Origin: Fistulifera solaris
Lineage: Eukaryota
Length of the DNA stretch: 64,000 bases
Assembly (NCBI GenBank): GCA_030295235.1
Contig: AP026139.1
Span: forward strand, 248,001 to 312,000
Direction of reading: 5' to 3'
Below, in pieces: positions 1 through 12,216 of the stretch; position 1 is the first letter of the stretch; each line of letters begins with the position of its first letter. The notes below the pieces were generated by a model, which did not search any database, had not been told where the DNA came from, and saw nothing but the letters and a program-made list of their open reading frames with translations. The translations under genes and the position numbers were made by a program.

Positions 1-255
1 AGAATAACGCAACCAGATGGCATAATTATTGACGATGCGTGAGTTCTTTTCGAAAATTTCTACACAGTCCAAGATTTCACCGGTGGTTTTCTTCATCTTG
101 TGAAACTGGTGCATGTAGTACCAGAATTTCGACTTGGCGATGACGGGGTTAGTAGCAAACACAATCATACGGTACGCTTCTGGGTTGGGGTGCTCTTCCG
201 AGGGGGCTTTGCGGCCCACCACCTGGAATTGGCGCATCTTTCCGGCGACTGTCAT
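1..255 (-). CDS. RPL18A: 60S ribosomal protein L18a (eL20), 5' part; runs off the window start
   Basis: The minus strand from ATG at 255 reads MTVAGKMRQFQVVGRKAPSEEHPNPEAYRMIVFATNPVIAKSKFWYYMHQFHKMKKTTGEILDCVEIFEKNSRIVNNYAIWLRYS, a typical L18a N-terminus. A likely GT-AG intron lies just upstream at 265-331. Confidence 0.95.
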   Translation of the reverse strand, partial: MTVAGKMRQFQVVGRKAPSEEHPNPEAYRMIVFATNPVIAKSKFWYYMHQFHKMKKTTGEILDCVEIFEKNSRIVNNYAIWLRYS

Positions 256-1130
256 TTTAAATTACTATAGAATAAACGATAAAACGAAGAGTGAGATTAA
301 TTAAAGCAAAGAAAATCGAAACAAGCGTCACCTCATTGTCTTTTAACTCGTCCCCGAAAATCGCACTCCGTATCTTCCTGCAATTGCTCCGGCGCATGTA
401 AATTGTTTGCGTTACTCTATTACCATCAATCGTTTCTCTTTCCTAGCACGTTCATTTTCTTACCTTCGTTTTTATTGTTTGATTTTTGATTGCCAAGGGA
501 TTTCCAGCAACACTGCCAACACCACGATGGAGGTGTGTTAGATGTTTCTTGGCAATCCAATTTCAAGTAACTCGGTAAAGACGGTAAAGTGCGTCTGTCC
601 CGCTGTGTCAGGTATTCAGACACCTATTGGACGTCATCTTACTGGAACGAATTTTAGTCACGACTGACTGTGACAGCCAAAATTACGCCATCAAAAAATT
701 GTCCAAAAAAAAGTCTAGGGAGATTCATTCGTTCGTGGCTTTCCGCAAGAGAAAAAATAGACCAAGCAAAGTCTCTACGAATGAAACTGATTATTCGAAT
801 GAAAAATAATAAGATAAGGCTATTTGGAGGAGTTATTTTAGATCTTACTGAACAAGCGCGAGCCAATAGGCTAGAATGAAGTTTCTGTGAACCTCACCAT
901 TTAGGATTCGATCGGTTCGAAACGACTTCTTTTTCTCGCATCAAAAAGAAGTGACAACATGAAATCACAGATAGAGAGATGTTTGTTCTTCCGTTTTGCA
1001 TCAAGCTGAATCACCTAAATGCCCCATTCGTTGATCGCAAACTGATGGGTAGAATTCTAGCTGAGGTGCGACAGGGCCAATGCGTCAATAAGCGTCTTTT
1101 AATTGTACGCCTCTATCGTCATTCAAATTT

Positions 1131-1801
1131 TTATTGTTTCTCAGCCACACTTTGTTCTTCTTTTCGATGAGAGGACGATTCGGGCTCTTCCTTCAAAGGA
1201 GCCAACACCACCTCTTCTTCCTTCGCCTTGGATGATTCTTTGCTCGATGAATCTACTTTTTCTTCTTTCTCTACAACGTCCGCATCCGATTCCCAGTCCT
1301 TGATAATCACCGACGGATCTTCCTCAATCTCTACAGTGACACCGCTTCGATTTTGTCCAAATATATGATCTTGCACTTGATCATGAATCTCGTGATGTTC
1401 GCGCTGTGCCGCTTGTTGTCTCGTTCCCAAAAACTTGCGCAACGGCATAATGTACTGTGGATCATGATCTGAATCGTCTACATCATCTTCGCGACTATCA
1501 TTTGCTACGGTGAGGGAGCCTTTGTTGGGTGGAGATGATGATTCTTCGTCCTTGCCCTGGACCACTAACCGGAGACTGTCTTGACCCCGCAATCCGGCGG
1601 GTCGAAAGGGCGGTCTGTCGGATTGTGAAGGGGTCAATACGACCGAGTTGTTCGGTAATGAGGAAGAAAACGCCATCATGAGCAAGCCGCAGGCCAGGAG
1701 AGTGTACGCGACTGGCCCGAGCCAGGGGAACGTTGCGCGACGTTGGGCGTTGGTGGCTTGCGAGAACTGAAGGGGTTTTCGGTGAACTTGTAATCCATCA
1801 T
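1131..1801 (-). CDS. Uncharacterised protein (possible single TM segment followed by an acidic low-complexity region)
   Basis: The 184-aa ORF 1131-1685 joins the upstream MMDYKFTENPFSS... frame through a probable 1-nt frameshift near 1700. No recognisable domain. Confidence 0.45.
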
Positions 1802-3781
1802 AGTTGTTACTTTTGAGATATGAGAAGTGATAATAATAATGAATATTGAGAGAGATGAAGCGAGATTCAATAACAAAATAATGATATTCTTATTCAATTG
1901 GGACAAGATCGGTGTGTGTGTGTTGTCGCTCGAGTGGACTTCTGCCCGCAGCGCGCTGACACGACCGCGAAGCTAAAAAGGTCTGTGGAACGACTCGCCT
2001 ACATTTGATTTCACAGTCAATTATAAATCATCTGTTACAGTACGGATAAAAGTAAACTGGAGTGCTCGAGCTACATAAAGCAAACCGAGGAGCATACATC
2101 ATTCGGATCGACACTTCGGTAGAAAGTATAAAAAGTACTGATAGATGATTATGTTCGTTGTTTGGACGGAGTTACCGAAGCGACTCCGTGGTCGGAGACG
2201 AGGCCAGACCTCCAGTCCCGACGAAAATTAGGTGCCCTTGAAATTGGAAAGAACCGTTACTCCATCAAACCTTTCTGCTCCAGCAAATGAGCGGGAATAG
2301 AAGACCTTTTGTGGAAGAAGCAAGACGGACGCACACATCGGATCCCATGAAGCAATTCGTGATCCCCCCAATGGTCGAGGGGTGTCGATGGCTTCGTGCC
2401 AACAATTTAGGAGGTCGAGTCTCTAAACATAGAATGATGAAACGATGGTTTCGTAAGCCGGATTCTTTTCCGTGCCATGAAGTAGAGTGATGCTATCGTT
2501 GTAACCTCCCGCTAGTCTAGTGAATAGTTCACGCTAAAATGTTTTCAGTCAACAGTGCAAAGTACAAAGGTTTTTTTTGAGCGTCGGCTTTAAAGCATGA
2601 AATTCATTCATAGTCCAGCCATGCCGATAAAGCGTCATGAGTCATTCCACGGTATTTGGAAAAGAAGAACCGCCGACTCACCATTCCGTGTCCGGCGAAA
2701 AATTCAATATGTACCTGTATCTCATTATTCATTTCGCGCAGAAAGTGGAATTTTCACGGTTGATTGTCAAAGATCAAATATACGCCGATACAACTTGTAA
2801 GCATCGACAAGTGTACAAGGCAGAGAGAAATCCAAGGTTGATTGTCACGGAGATCGAGGGCAAAGGATTCTTCCTTTTCATCCGCTCATTAGGCAAGCTG
2901 TCAAAGCCGTCATCGCTCCGATTCATGCATCATCAACCTTATTGTCCGTTGCTACCCATTGATTCATGATTAGTTTATCAAAATATTCAATCGTTTGGGT
3001 TGTTGCTGAAAATACCAACACACCAATGAACCTTTTTTCGCGCACAAGCGACGAGGCACGAGCGCGTTCGGGAACCCGGAATCTGGAATGTCTTCCGCGA
3101 TCCGTACAGGCAGTCATCGACCAAAAGGAAAGCAGTGAAGAAGAACATTGATTTTTTTCATGTCATAAATCTGCAGCAGCGAGCGATTGTGTCGTGTCGT
3201 CAAAGAAGAAAAAGAGTGGTGAGTGTTTGGGATGTTTGTGTTGGGCGTTTGTGGAAATTGTTCTGCGTGACGTTGAAATGAGTATGTAACGCCCACACCA
3301 TTTTCTATGCAAGTAAGCCATGTACCAGCGTCAACAGGATGCGTTGCAACGCGTTGATCGAGTACGAATCGTTACGGCTGCACGTAGGAATTGGTAGCAA
3401 ACGACGATGAAGGAAAAGGAAGCTGTCGACGCGGATCGTTTCGGTTCGTGCGTACAAAGTACGAGTATAATTTTGAGTGTGGGGAGGGCAGGCCGGCGTA
3501 ACCCTCTTCGCTGACAGCGGAGCGGGACTCATAATAGGATCCTTATTTTGGACTGTCACGCCAGTCCAGCCGCGCCACATTATTGACGTAGCATCACCGT
3601 AGGCTTTCCAGGTGGTGCTGTGATACTCTACTTCATATAGAAAAATATTTTCAAAAAAATAATGATGTCAACCCTGTCCTTATTGTACTAACACCAATGC
3701 TTTCCCGTTCTGTTTATTTTCCACCAACATGACAGGCCAACGAAAAACTTGAATTATTTCGACCCAATTTTTGTTTCGACC

Positions 3782-4915
3782 ATGGGAAAGAAACCAGCAC
3801 GTGATCCGAATGGTAAAGTGATACTTGAAGCGAAGTGATGACGAGAGGCAGAATGGCTTATTCTCTCGTTCTGCTTGCTCCTTACTGGCGGAATGCTTCG
3901 ATCACTTGTTGCTTATTCCTCATTTTTCTCTCAATTCGTCAATCTTTCTTACTTTCTCTCTCTTTCTCCTACGTTTTGCAGCACCGAAACGCAATATGAG
4001 TGCCTATTTGTTGTACCAGAACGCCATGAGAGATCAGTTCAAAGAATTGAACCCCGGAATGACATTCGGTCAACTCGCCAAGTACACCAGTGCTATGTAC
4101 TCGGAACTTCCTCCCCAAGAAAAAGACACTTGGATCGCACGTGCGGAAACGGACAAGACGCGTTATTTGCACGAATTGGCTTCTTACATTCCTCCCAGTG
4201 GATACGATGCCAAAGGAGATGCGATTGTTCTTCCTGTCAATACGAAGGGCGGAAAGAGGGGGAAGCCGGAACGAGATGCCCATGCTCCCAAACGAAATAT
4301 GAGTGCTTATTTGCTTTATCAGAATGCGATGCGCGATCAATTCAAACGAGAGAATCCGGGCATGACATTTGGTCAACTCGCAAAATATACGTCGCACATG
4401 TACAAGAATCTCACGCCCGACGAAAAAGCCACGTGGGAGTCACGGGCCCATCAAGACAAGGCTCGTTACGACGAAGAGCTGGCTTCTTATGTGCCCCCGC
4501 CTGGACACGACGCGCGTGGGGTGTTGATTGAAGATCATCGTCCCAAACGACGCAACAAACGGGGACCACGAGACCCGACTGCCCCCAAACGAGCCAGTGG
4601 AGCGTACGTCTTTTTACCAATACGATGCGTCCCAAAGTCATGCAGGAATTTCCAGGCATTAAATTTGTGGATTTGGGGAAAGTCATGGGAGAGCGTTGGC
4701 GTGCCTTGACTCCCGATGAGAAGAAGCATTATGAAGATTTGGCGTCGGAAGATAAGATTCGTTTTCAAATGGAAATGCAGCAGTATACGGCGAATCAGGC
4801 CGCTCCATCGTCCGTCGATCCATCCTATTACGCAGATACCAATGCGCAAATGGCATACGAGGCCTATACGCAAGATGGGGCCGATGTCTACGGTCAACAA
4901 CAATATCACGCTTAA
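3782..4915 (+). CDS. Triple HMG-box protein
   Basis: Exon 1 3782-3812 (MGKKPARDPN), GT-AG intron 3813-3981, then APKRNMSAYLLYQNAMRDQFK twice and a third box APKRASGAYVFF..MRPKVMQEFPGIKFVDLGKVMGERWRAL. Frameshift in the T-run at about 4611. Confidence 0.92.
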
Positions 4916-5152
4916 AAGCGGGGGGAATCATCGTTGTTCTTTATTTCACGTCGTCCATTCATTATCTCTTCAATCTGTAAGCCTTTAAAATTGTTTGACC
5001 TATATTTTATTATATCAACGATTCTGAAAGATTGCGCTAGCGATCCATCACTTGTAGCGGGCAGCGTTGGGATGCTCAAAGTGAACAGTTTACATTTTTG
5101 ATAAGACTCTTCACGACAGGTCAACCTCCATGCGAGCTATTTTTCATCTACT

Positions 5153-6115
5153 CTATGACATGCCGTCGTCTCCCATGAACTTTTCCATTTCTTCATCTCT
5201 AAGTATACCCCGCAACTCCTGAATGGAACGGACTAAACCCTTGAACAGCGGAATCAGACTCAACGCAATTAACGCGGACACGACAATGGCCGCCGTCGCA
5301 TCGGCTTGCTCTGGAGTGACACCCGGTGTCACAAAGGCCGTAAGTGCGGCCAAAATGACTGCAAAACTCCGTAACGTATCGGCCATGACGTGTGTGTAAG
5401 CGGAACACATGTTCAAATTGGGACTATCGTCGTGTTGCGTCGTCTTGTGGTAAGGACAATGATGCGAGCCATTCTGGTGATAATCACACCGGTGTTCTTC
5501 TTCGTCATCATCCTCACCGGTTGTGGAGTATCCCGTCAAATGCTTGGCTCGGGCAAAACAGAAAACGTTCAAACAATCCAAGCCCAAATTGAAAAGCGAA
5601 AATCCCATCATGAGACGTAAATTGGGATGCCGCGACGATGATGATACACCTTGCATCAACACTAATACGGCACGATATGTGACGACCGTCGTGACAGACA
5701 ACAGCGTCGAAACACTCACGAGCGGCGGTACTATTTCCATTTGCAAGACCATTTTTCGATAGGCACGTTCCCGGAGTTTTTGCGCCCGCACCGAATCTAC
5801 AGCAGCGTCGCCGGTCGTACCATTCCAGTCAAAATGATTTTTCCGATGTTCCGCGAGCCAATTACACAGATAAGTCATGGAATCGACCATCATCGCCGCC
5901 GAATCACCTTTCATCGCTTCCGAGTCGGCAATGAACGCAAAGACGAGTTGTAGTGAAGCAAAGGAGACGAATGTCACAAAAGCTGTCGCCAGTAAGCGTT
6001 CATTCGACGGTCTTCCGGTTACAATATGATTGCCGTGAAAAATGCCGTCGGTGGGTTCCGTCTCGAACGACAAAGGATGCTCGCCGTCCTCGTCTTCGGC
6101 ACGCGCCGACGGCAT
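5153..6115 (-). CDS. Cation diffusion facilitator (CDF / cation efflux) metal transporter
   Basis: 320-aa ORF with about 6 TM segments, ADSEAMKGDSAAMMVD (TM2), a His-rich loop (HRCDYHQNGSHHCPYH) and NMCSAYTHVMADTLRS (TM5 HxxxD). Confidence 0.85.
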   Translation of the reverse strand: MPSARAEDEDGEHPLSFETEPTDGIFHGNHIVTGRPSNERLLATAFVTFVSFASLQLVFAFIADSEAMKGDSAAMMVDSMTYLCNWLAEHRKNHFDWNGTTGDAAVDSVRAQKLRERAYRKMVLQMEIVPPLVSVSTLLSVTTVVTYRAVLVLMQGVSSSSRHPNLRLMMGFSLFNLGLDCLNVFCFARAKHLTGYSTTGEDDDEEEHRCDYHQNGSHHCPYHKTTQHDDSPNLNMCSAYTHVMADTLRSFAVILAALTAFVTPGVTPEQADATAAIVVSALIALSLIPLFKGLVRSIQELRGILRDEEMEKFMGDDGMS

Positions 6116-6709
6116 GATTGCGAACTCTTTGTATTTCGTGTTGTAGTAATTGTTTTCGAGTGCTATACGCGCATGTGGACTCGAAAGTGCTCTTTATTTC
6201 GTGATCGAGTGAAGGAGGTGAATCAAGAGAAAAATGGGACGACTGGTTACTGGTGATTGATTGTCTTCTTTGTAATCAAACCCCGAAAACATCCTCCAGC
6301 CATTTCAATTTCACCTCCCTTTTAATTTTATTGTCACTCACTCACTTGGTAACGGGATGTTAAAAGCCACGCTTTCAGCACGCTGTTTTGGACACTTTAG
6401 GCCCTTTTGCTCCACATTATTGTCCAGTGACCCAAAAGTACGGTACTCGAACTGTAGAAATAGAGTAGTGTCACTAAGGCTTTAGGCCACAAAAGGATTA
6501 AGGATCACGAAAAAGTCAGACTGGTACCAATACCTTAAATCTTAAATAATGGAGCCTGTACGACATTCCTTCTGCGTTTTCTTTCTCTCGCGTGTTCGTT
6601 CGTTCGTTCATTCATTCATCGTGATGATATTACCTTCGACGTTGGTGCAATCCTGCACGGATTCATTTAAGATCCTTTTCCTCCCAAAGCTTCGAAAAAG
6701 TAACCAACA

Positions 6710-7142
6710 ATGGATAGTTGGGTCGTTGGGCAAATTGCCTTTTGGTATACGGTTTACGAAATTAGCCCCACGACTGTCGTCGATAAGCTCATTGAGTTCT
6801 GGCTGGACCTAACGATCCCTGGACGTGGTACGGGAGGTTCGAATTGGTGCGTTGATGGAGGCACGATTTCCTTCTTTGAGTTCATATTATTTTGCGTTTC
6901 TCACTCGATTTTTCACTCGTCTCAGGCTATTACGACAAGTCCGTACACTGGAACAAACGACCGAACGCAGCAGTCGCGAATTGGATATCCGACGGAATTT
7001 GCGTTCTTGGGATCATCGTTATCCCGAAATTCATCACGAATTGATTGTGCGGTATGTAGCGGGTGCGCTTGTGTCCGTCGCCGCCACGAGTTTGTACAAC
7101 AGTTTCCGTCGTCCCAGTCGACCGCCTCAGGGGTATTACTAA
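6710..7142 (+). CDS. Small uncharacterised membrane protein (2 exons)
   Basis: MDSWVVGQIAFWY...PGR spliced (gtacgg at about 6827 to tctcag at about 6925) to WLLRQVRTLEQ...YVAGALVSVAATSLY...GYY*. Confidence 0.5.
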
Positions 7143-7296
7143 TCGTAGTACAAGATAAAAGGATTAATAAGACTCTAGTAGAAGTCATCAAGTGCGCTAT
7201 CTATTACGAACATGTTGTGTTGAAAAAGAAAAAAAAGGCATCTATGCATTCTCCCACGCACATGATTTGCATTCACTCGATTCTTTTGCACTCGAT

Positions 7297-7647
7297 TCAC
7301 ATAAAACCACCCGCCTGTTCCAACATGCAATCAATCTGATCTTGATCTTCCAATTCGAGCATCTTCGGTGTACTGGTAGGTTCCACTCGTTCTCCATCCA
7401 ACAAGAATCGCAAACTTGCAATTTGCAATCCTTTGCGGGTCGCGTAGGTTTCAAAGACTTTTGCATCTTGGTCGTCTTTTGATCTTGAAAAAGTTTCTTC
7501 TCCTTGCTGTAAAGGCAGAAATAGTAATTTGGCGATTATTCATTCGTTTCCTTTCGAAATCGCTTCACACCAAAGATCGTTTCCTCTTACCTGATCTCGA
7601 ATACGAATCGTCAAGGCGTCCGGATTGGGTTCGTCGTCTCCACTCAT
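7297..7647 (-). CDS. SUMO: SUMO (small ubiquitin-like modifier), copy 1
   Basis: Exon 1 MSGDDEPNPDALTIRIRDQ, intron 7507-7590, exon 2 QGEETF..VFETYATRKGLQIASLRFLLDGERVEPTSTPKMLELEDQDQIDCMLEQAGG-FM*. Three 1-nt homopolymer losses around FKIKKTTKM cancel out. Confidence 0.92.
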
Positions 7648-7969
7648 GATGGTAAGAAGAAAGAATCACTAATGAAAAAAGACTTTGAATAATAAGAAAA
7701 CGAAGTAAGGTAGGAATACGTAACAACCAAATACAAAGGTCAATTACGGGGTGCGCAAGAAGTCAGTGTCGACGGCAACGGATAACACGAGCGCGAAGGA
7801 TTTTCCCGCCATCGTTGCGTCCATGGAGTTTCGTTGAACAATGATTCTTTAATGTCGTAGCGGTTTATTGAGTCAAGTGTGAATCACGAATGTGACGTAC
7901 TATTACGGTAGTCAAAGATTGCCAAAGTATTTTCATATTTATCCAGAAAAAAGTATTGTCTATTGATAT

Positions 7970-8305
7970 TCACAAACAACCACCCGTTTGTGCTAACATA
8001 CAATCGATTTGATCTTGGTCTTCCAATTCGAGCATTTTGGGTGTACTGTCGAGTTCGACGTTTTCTCCATCCAACAAGAATCGCAGACTCGTCATTTGTA
8101 CTCCTCGGCGCGTCGCGTAAGATTCAAACACTTTTCGCATCTTGGTAGTCTTTTTTATCTTGAAAAAAGTTTCTTGGCCGTCCTGTCAAGGAAAAGAAAG
8201 GATGAGCCTGCGTCCCTTTCCACCGCATCGACCTTCTTTCTTTGCCATACTTACCTGATCACGAATACGAATCGTCAATGTCTCCGGTTCATCTTCTCCA
8301 CTCAT
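7970..8305 (-). CDS. SUMO: SUMO, copy 2 (intact)
   Basis: Exon 1 MSGEDEPETLTIRIRDQ, intron 8183-8254, exon 2 DGQETFFKIKKTTKMRKVFESYATRRGVQMTSLRFLLDGENVELDSTPKMLELEDQDQIDCMLAQTGG-CL*. Confidence 0.95.
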
Positions 8306-8568
8306 GATGATAGGGTAGAGAAAATGAAAGAGTTTGATTCAGAAAAGCAAGCAATGAAACGAAGCAATAACAACGCAATACGAGATGCGCCGTGCTGTAT
8401 TGTCCGTCGCCAGCGAAGCTAACGAGCGAAGGATTTCTTGCGAAGTGCCGACACCTGACAAGTGTCGTAGCGTGATCAATCGAATCGTGATTGTGACCCA
8501 AAATGGAAGGAGTTCGCTAAGGAACGAGTACATGCCTTGCTTTATATATTGAATACTATTCAATTTCT

Positions 8569-8868
8569 TCACAAACGACCACCCACTTGTGCGATCACCA
8601 CATTGAATTGATCTTGATCTTCCAATTCGAGCATTTTGGGTGTACTGTTGGCCTTGACCCGTTCTCCATCCAACAAGAATCGCAAACTTGCAATCTGCAA
8701 TCCTTTGCGGGTCGCGTAGGTTTCAAAGACCTTTGTATCTTGGTCGTTTTTTTGATCTTAAAAAAATGTTTCTCTTCATTCTGATGGAACCGTGAGCGAT
8801 GTGATCGATTCTTTGTTGTCGTAACGTCCACATTCGTTCGTCGCTGACCTAACTGGGCCTGCACTCAT
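8569..8868 (-). CDS. SUMO: SUMO, copy 3 (divergent N-terminus, frameshifted; possibly a pseudogene)
   Basis: MSAGPVRSATNECGRYDNKESIT.. / HQNEEKHFFKIKKTTKIQ / VFETYATRKGLQIASLRFLLDGERVKANSTPKMLELEDQDQFNVVIAQVGG-RL*. No obvious intron; at least two frame changes. Confidence 0.8.
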
Positions 8869-9388
8869 GATGATACGAATGAATCAATTGAGAGGAAATC
8901 AAAGCACATAACAAGTAAACAAAAAGAAGCTGGACCTACGACGGTGCAATACTGCTAATTGTCGACCACAACCAAAAAAAAAAGCAGGACGCGATATTTT
9001 CCCGTCCTAACACGAAATGACATGTCGTAGCGTGATGCACTGTTGAGTCACTCCCCCGCTGACTCACGACTGTGACGCAAGTTGAAGACCAAAGCCATCG
9101 TCGTCGCGATCTTTCTTCTTGTTCTTCGCCATTCGACTCTTTCTCACCGCACACTGCGTCAGCAATAAATAAAATAATACCGGAGTAGCAACAACCCAAA
9201 CGCCGGCACGAACAAGTCAGGGTCGGACTCTTGACGAATAAAAGAATCAACAACGAGAAAGAAAAGAGACTCTTTTGCACATAAATAAAAACACCTCCGA
9301 ACAGCACCATCCAACTATTTATCAATTAAACACAAACCACAAGACACAAGACCTACAATTCACACAATCTACAAACACAACAACAAGC

Positions 9389-12216
9389 ATGCGATTTCCC
9401 TCCGCAATACTATTCTACGGGTTAGTCGTTGTACTTTCCTTAGAGAATTGTTACGCGTTTCCCATTATTTCTTCATCACCGCGTTCAAATGCCATGATAC
9501 GACAAATATCGGCCACACTTTCCGAAAGTTACTTTCCCGACGATGACTTGTTTGCTTTAGAGGAAGAGAAAGATGATAGTGATCAAGAAGCCATTGAAAA
9601 ACAATTGCAAGCTCGAAGTACGATTCCGCAAATCCATCGCCTGCAAGTAACTTTGCCGCAAGGGGTACGGTTGGTAGCGATTGATACGGGACGGAAAGTT
9701 TTGAAAGAAGAACTCGATTTGCAGTCGCTGCAAATCACCACTTCCGGCACCTCTTTCCTTGATCCAGCCTGGTTACGGCCTTTGGATGCGACCTTTCGGG
9801 GCATTCTCGTATCACATGTTGATTCCAATTCAATGGCATGGAAACAAGGCATCCGACCGGGTCAAGTAGTACGGTCCGTATCGGCTGGCAATGGACGTTG
9901 GTGGCCCAAAATCTCCTTGGAAGGGGTCCGATCGGCCCTGAAAGCGTCGACGTTGATCGGACTGGAAGTCGAGCAATTGACCGAAACCAATGTCTTTGAA
10001 TTGACTTTAAAAAAACCACTCGGCTTTCAAATTCAAGAAACAAAGGATGGCATGGTGCGCGTCTCCAAAATTGCCGAAAATGCTCCTAATTTAGTGCAAC
10101 ACGCGTTGCGGGTCGGCGACCGCGTGGTGGCGATTGATTCTTCGTTGGGAGACAAATTGTGGCCCGTCTCGACGGTAGAAGGAGTCATTTCGGCCGTCAC
10201 GGGACGTTTGCCGGGTCAGTCGGTGACTTTGCGGTTTGAGCGGCAACCGGGAGCGGTACAACCCGTCGCCGCCGCCGCCCCCACAACCACCACTACTTCC
10301 GCCACCAACACTGTAGTGGACGTTCCCACAGATCACAAAGAACTCATACAACGATGTAGAGAGGTACTGCAACGGTACAGTACGAAAGAACCGTCCGTTC
10401 GTTCCAAATTGGATTTGGTACCCGCATTAGTGGCCGATAAAGTTGTGGAGAAGTTATCGGCTGCGTCGGTGGCTATGGATGCGAAAACACTCGCAATGCT
10501 CATGCATGCGTACTTGTCATGTGAACAACCTTTCAAGGCGATTCAACTGTTTGAATCGTCGACGGGATTTCGTGGAGATGCCTCTTCGGCGCCATTGGCC
10601 GATGCACCGCGTTCGTTCCAAGCCAACGATGCGGCGTTGAATCTCTATACGGGGACTATGCTTCTACAAGCACACGCGCAAAATCGAGACCTCGCTGCGG
10701 TACATCGAGTTCTCGCGGCTTTGGAAGGACGGTCCGGTCAAATCATTGATGGTGAGGAAGTGGCTCCATGGCCTTGGACGGGCGCGTATGGTTCTATTCA
10801 GCCCGATACGTACTGTTACAATGTAGCTCTCGCGGCTTCTGATCAACTTGGAGGGCCCGAGGCGGTACAGTTTGCTACGGATTTGTTTGCGCGCATGAAA
10901 GAACGAGATATTGTCACCTACAATACCTTTTTGAATACACTAGTGAAGGCAGGAAAATCCACCGAGTCTTTTCGTCTTTTTGATCAAATGAAACGATCGA
11001 AAGTAAGACCCGACAAGTACACGTACTATGCGTTGATGAAGTCATGTAAAAACAATATGGATTTGCAAGAGCTTTTCTACGATATGCAAGAATACAACAT
11101 CCCAATCGATGTCGTGTTTTACAATGCCATGATTCAAAATTTGAGTGAAAATCGAGAGTGGTCTCAAGCTACGAAGCTGATTCAAGAAATGGAAACGAAA
11201 GGCGTCTCACCGCAAGCGATGACATACGGAATTTTGATGAACGGTATGTTGCGTGCCGACAAGCCGAACGCCTGCTTGGCGTTGTTCGAATCCGCTTGCG
11301 TCAATTCCAAAACAGTTGGATTGACTCAAAATGTCCACCTCTACACCACCGCAATTGCGGCGGCCGCAGTATTGGGAAATCACGAACGTGCCCTGGAACT
11401 GGTGTCGCGCATGACAGCGGTAGGAATCAAACCAACACAAAGACACTCACGTCCGTGGTGGGCGCTTGTCTGGCTTCGCAAAAGTACGACTTGGCGGTGG
11501 GTGTTTATCGAAAGATCGAGAAGCCAGATGGGTATGCCATGTCACAGGGAATCCAAGCATATTGTGGCAACGGCGAGCCTGAAGTAGCTGCATCAATACT
11601 GCGTGAACAAAGACGAGGAACGCGACTCATGTCCGGAAAACTTATTATGCGATCCTATCGGCATGTTATTGGAGCTGCTTTGGGAAAGCATGACTACGAT
11701 CTGGCCCGACAAGTGCTAACGGATCTCTTACTTAAGGGAAACATTCCCAGCAAAGAAATCACTGACACCATAGTGAATTCATTCGGAATCTTCCGCTCTT
11801 CTGTTGTAGAAGCGACTATGGAAGACAAGACGCGATTTCGCTTTTTGCTGTTTGTTCTGGATTCATTGGAACGGCGAAATCTAGTCGTCGACGGGACACT
11901 GTACGCGGCCGCCTTGACACTCGGGCGACAAATTGGTGGAGTCGAACGACGCGTTGCTAACCTTTTGTTGCAATCAAAATCCGAGGCGGAAGTTCAAAAT
12001 GTTATACTGGGAGAAGCTCAACCAAAACCATCCATGACTACATGGGAAGAAATCTTGGAACAATACCAAGAAAGAATACGAGCGAAACAATCAATGGATG
12101 TCGTATTACCGACGTTGCGGATACGTGTGAGCTCGCACAATACTCGCCAAGTGTTCCGCGCGGAACAAGCGGTTGTCTTTAGCCGCCCTAAATCGTCCAC
12201 ACCGACCAAAGCGTAA
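9389..12216 (+). CDS. Plastid-targeted PDZ-PDZ-PPR protein
   Basis: Signal peptide ending ..NCYA-FP (ASAF-like), two PDZ-like domains (ILVSHVDSNSMAWKQGIRPGQVV; LKKPLGFQIQE..LRVGDRVVAID..VTLRFER), and tandem PPR motifs (DIVTYNTFLNTLVKAG, PDKYTYYALMKSC, DVVFYNAMIQ, NVHLYTTAIAA). A frameshift at about 11435 joins the 770-aa and 352-aa ORFs. Confidence 0.88.

Noticed and set aside
2000..3300. Possible ncRNA hairpin (ggagttaccgaagcgactcc at about 2168-2187) and short ORFs
   Set aside because: No snRNA, snoRNA or tRNA signature recognised. The region may be a decayed minus-strand gene, but I could not identify it.
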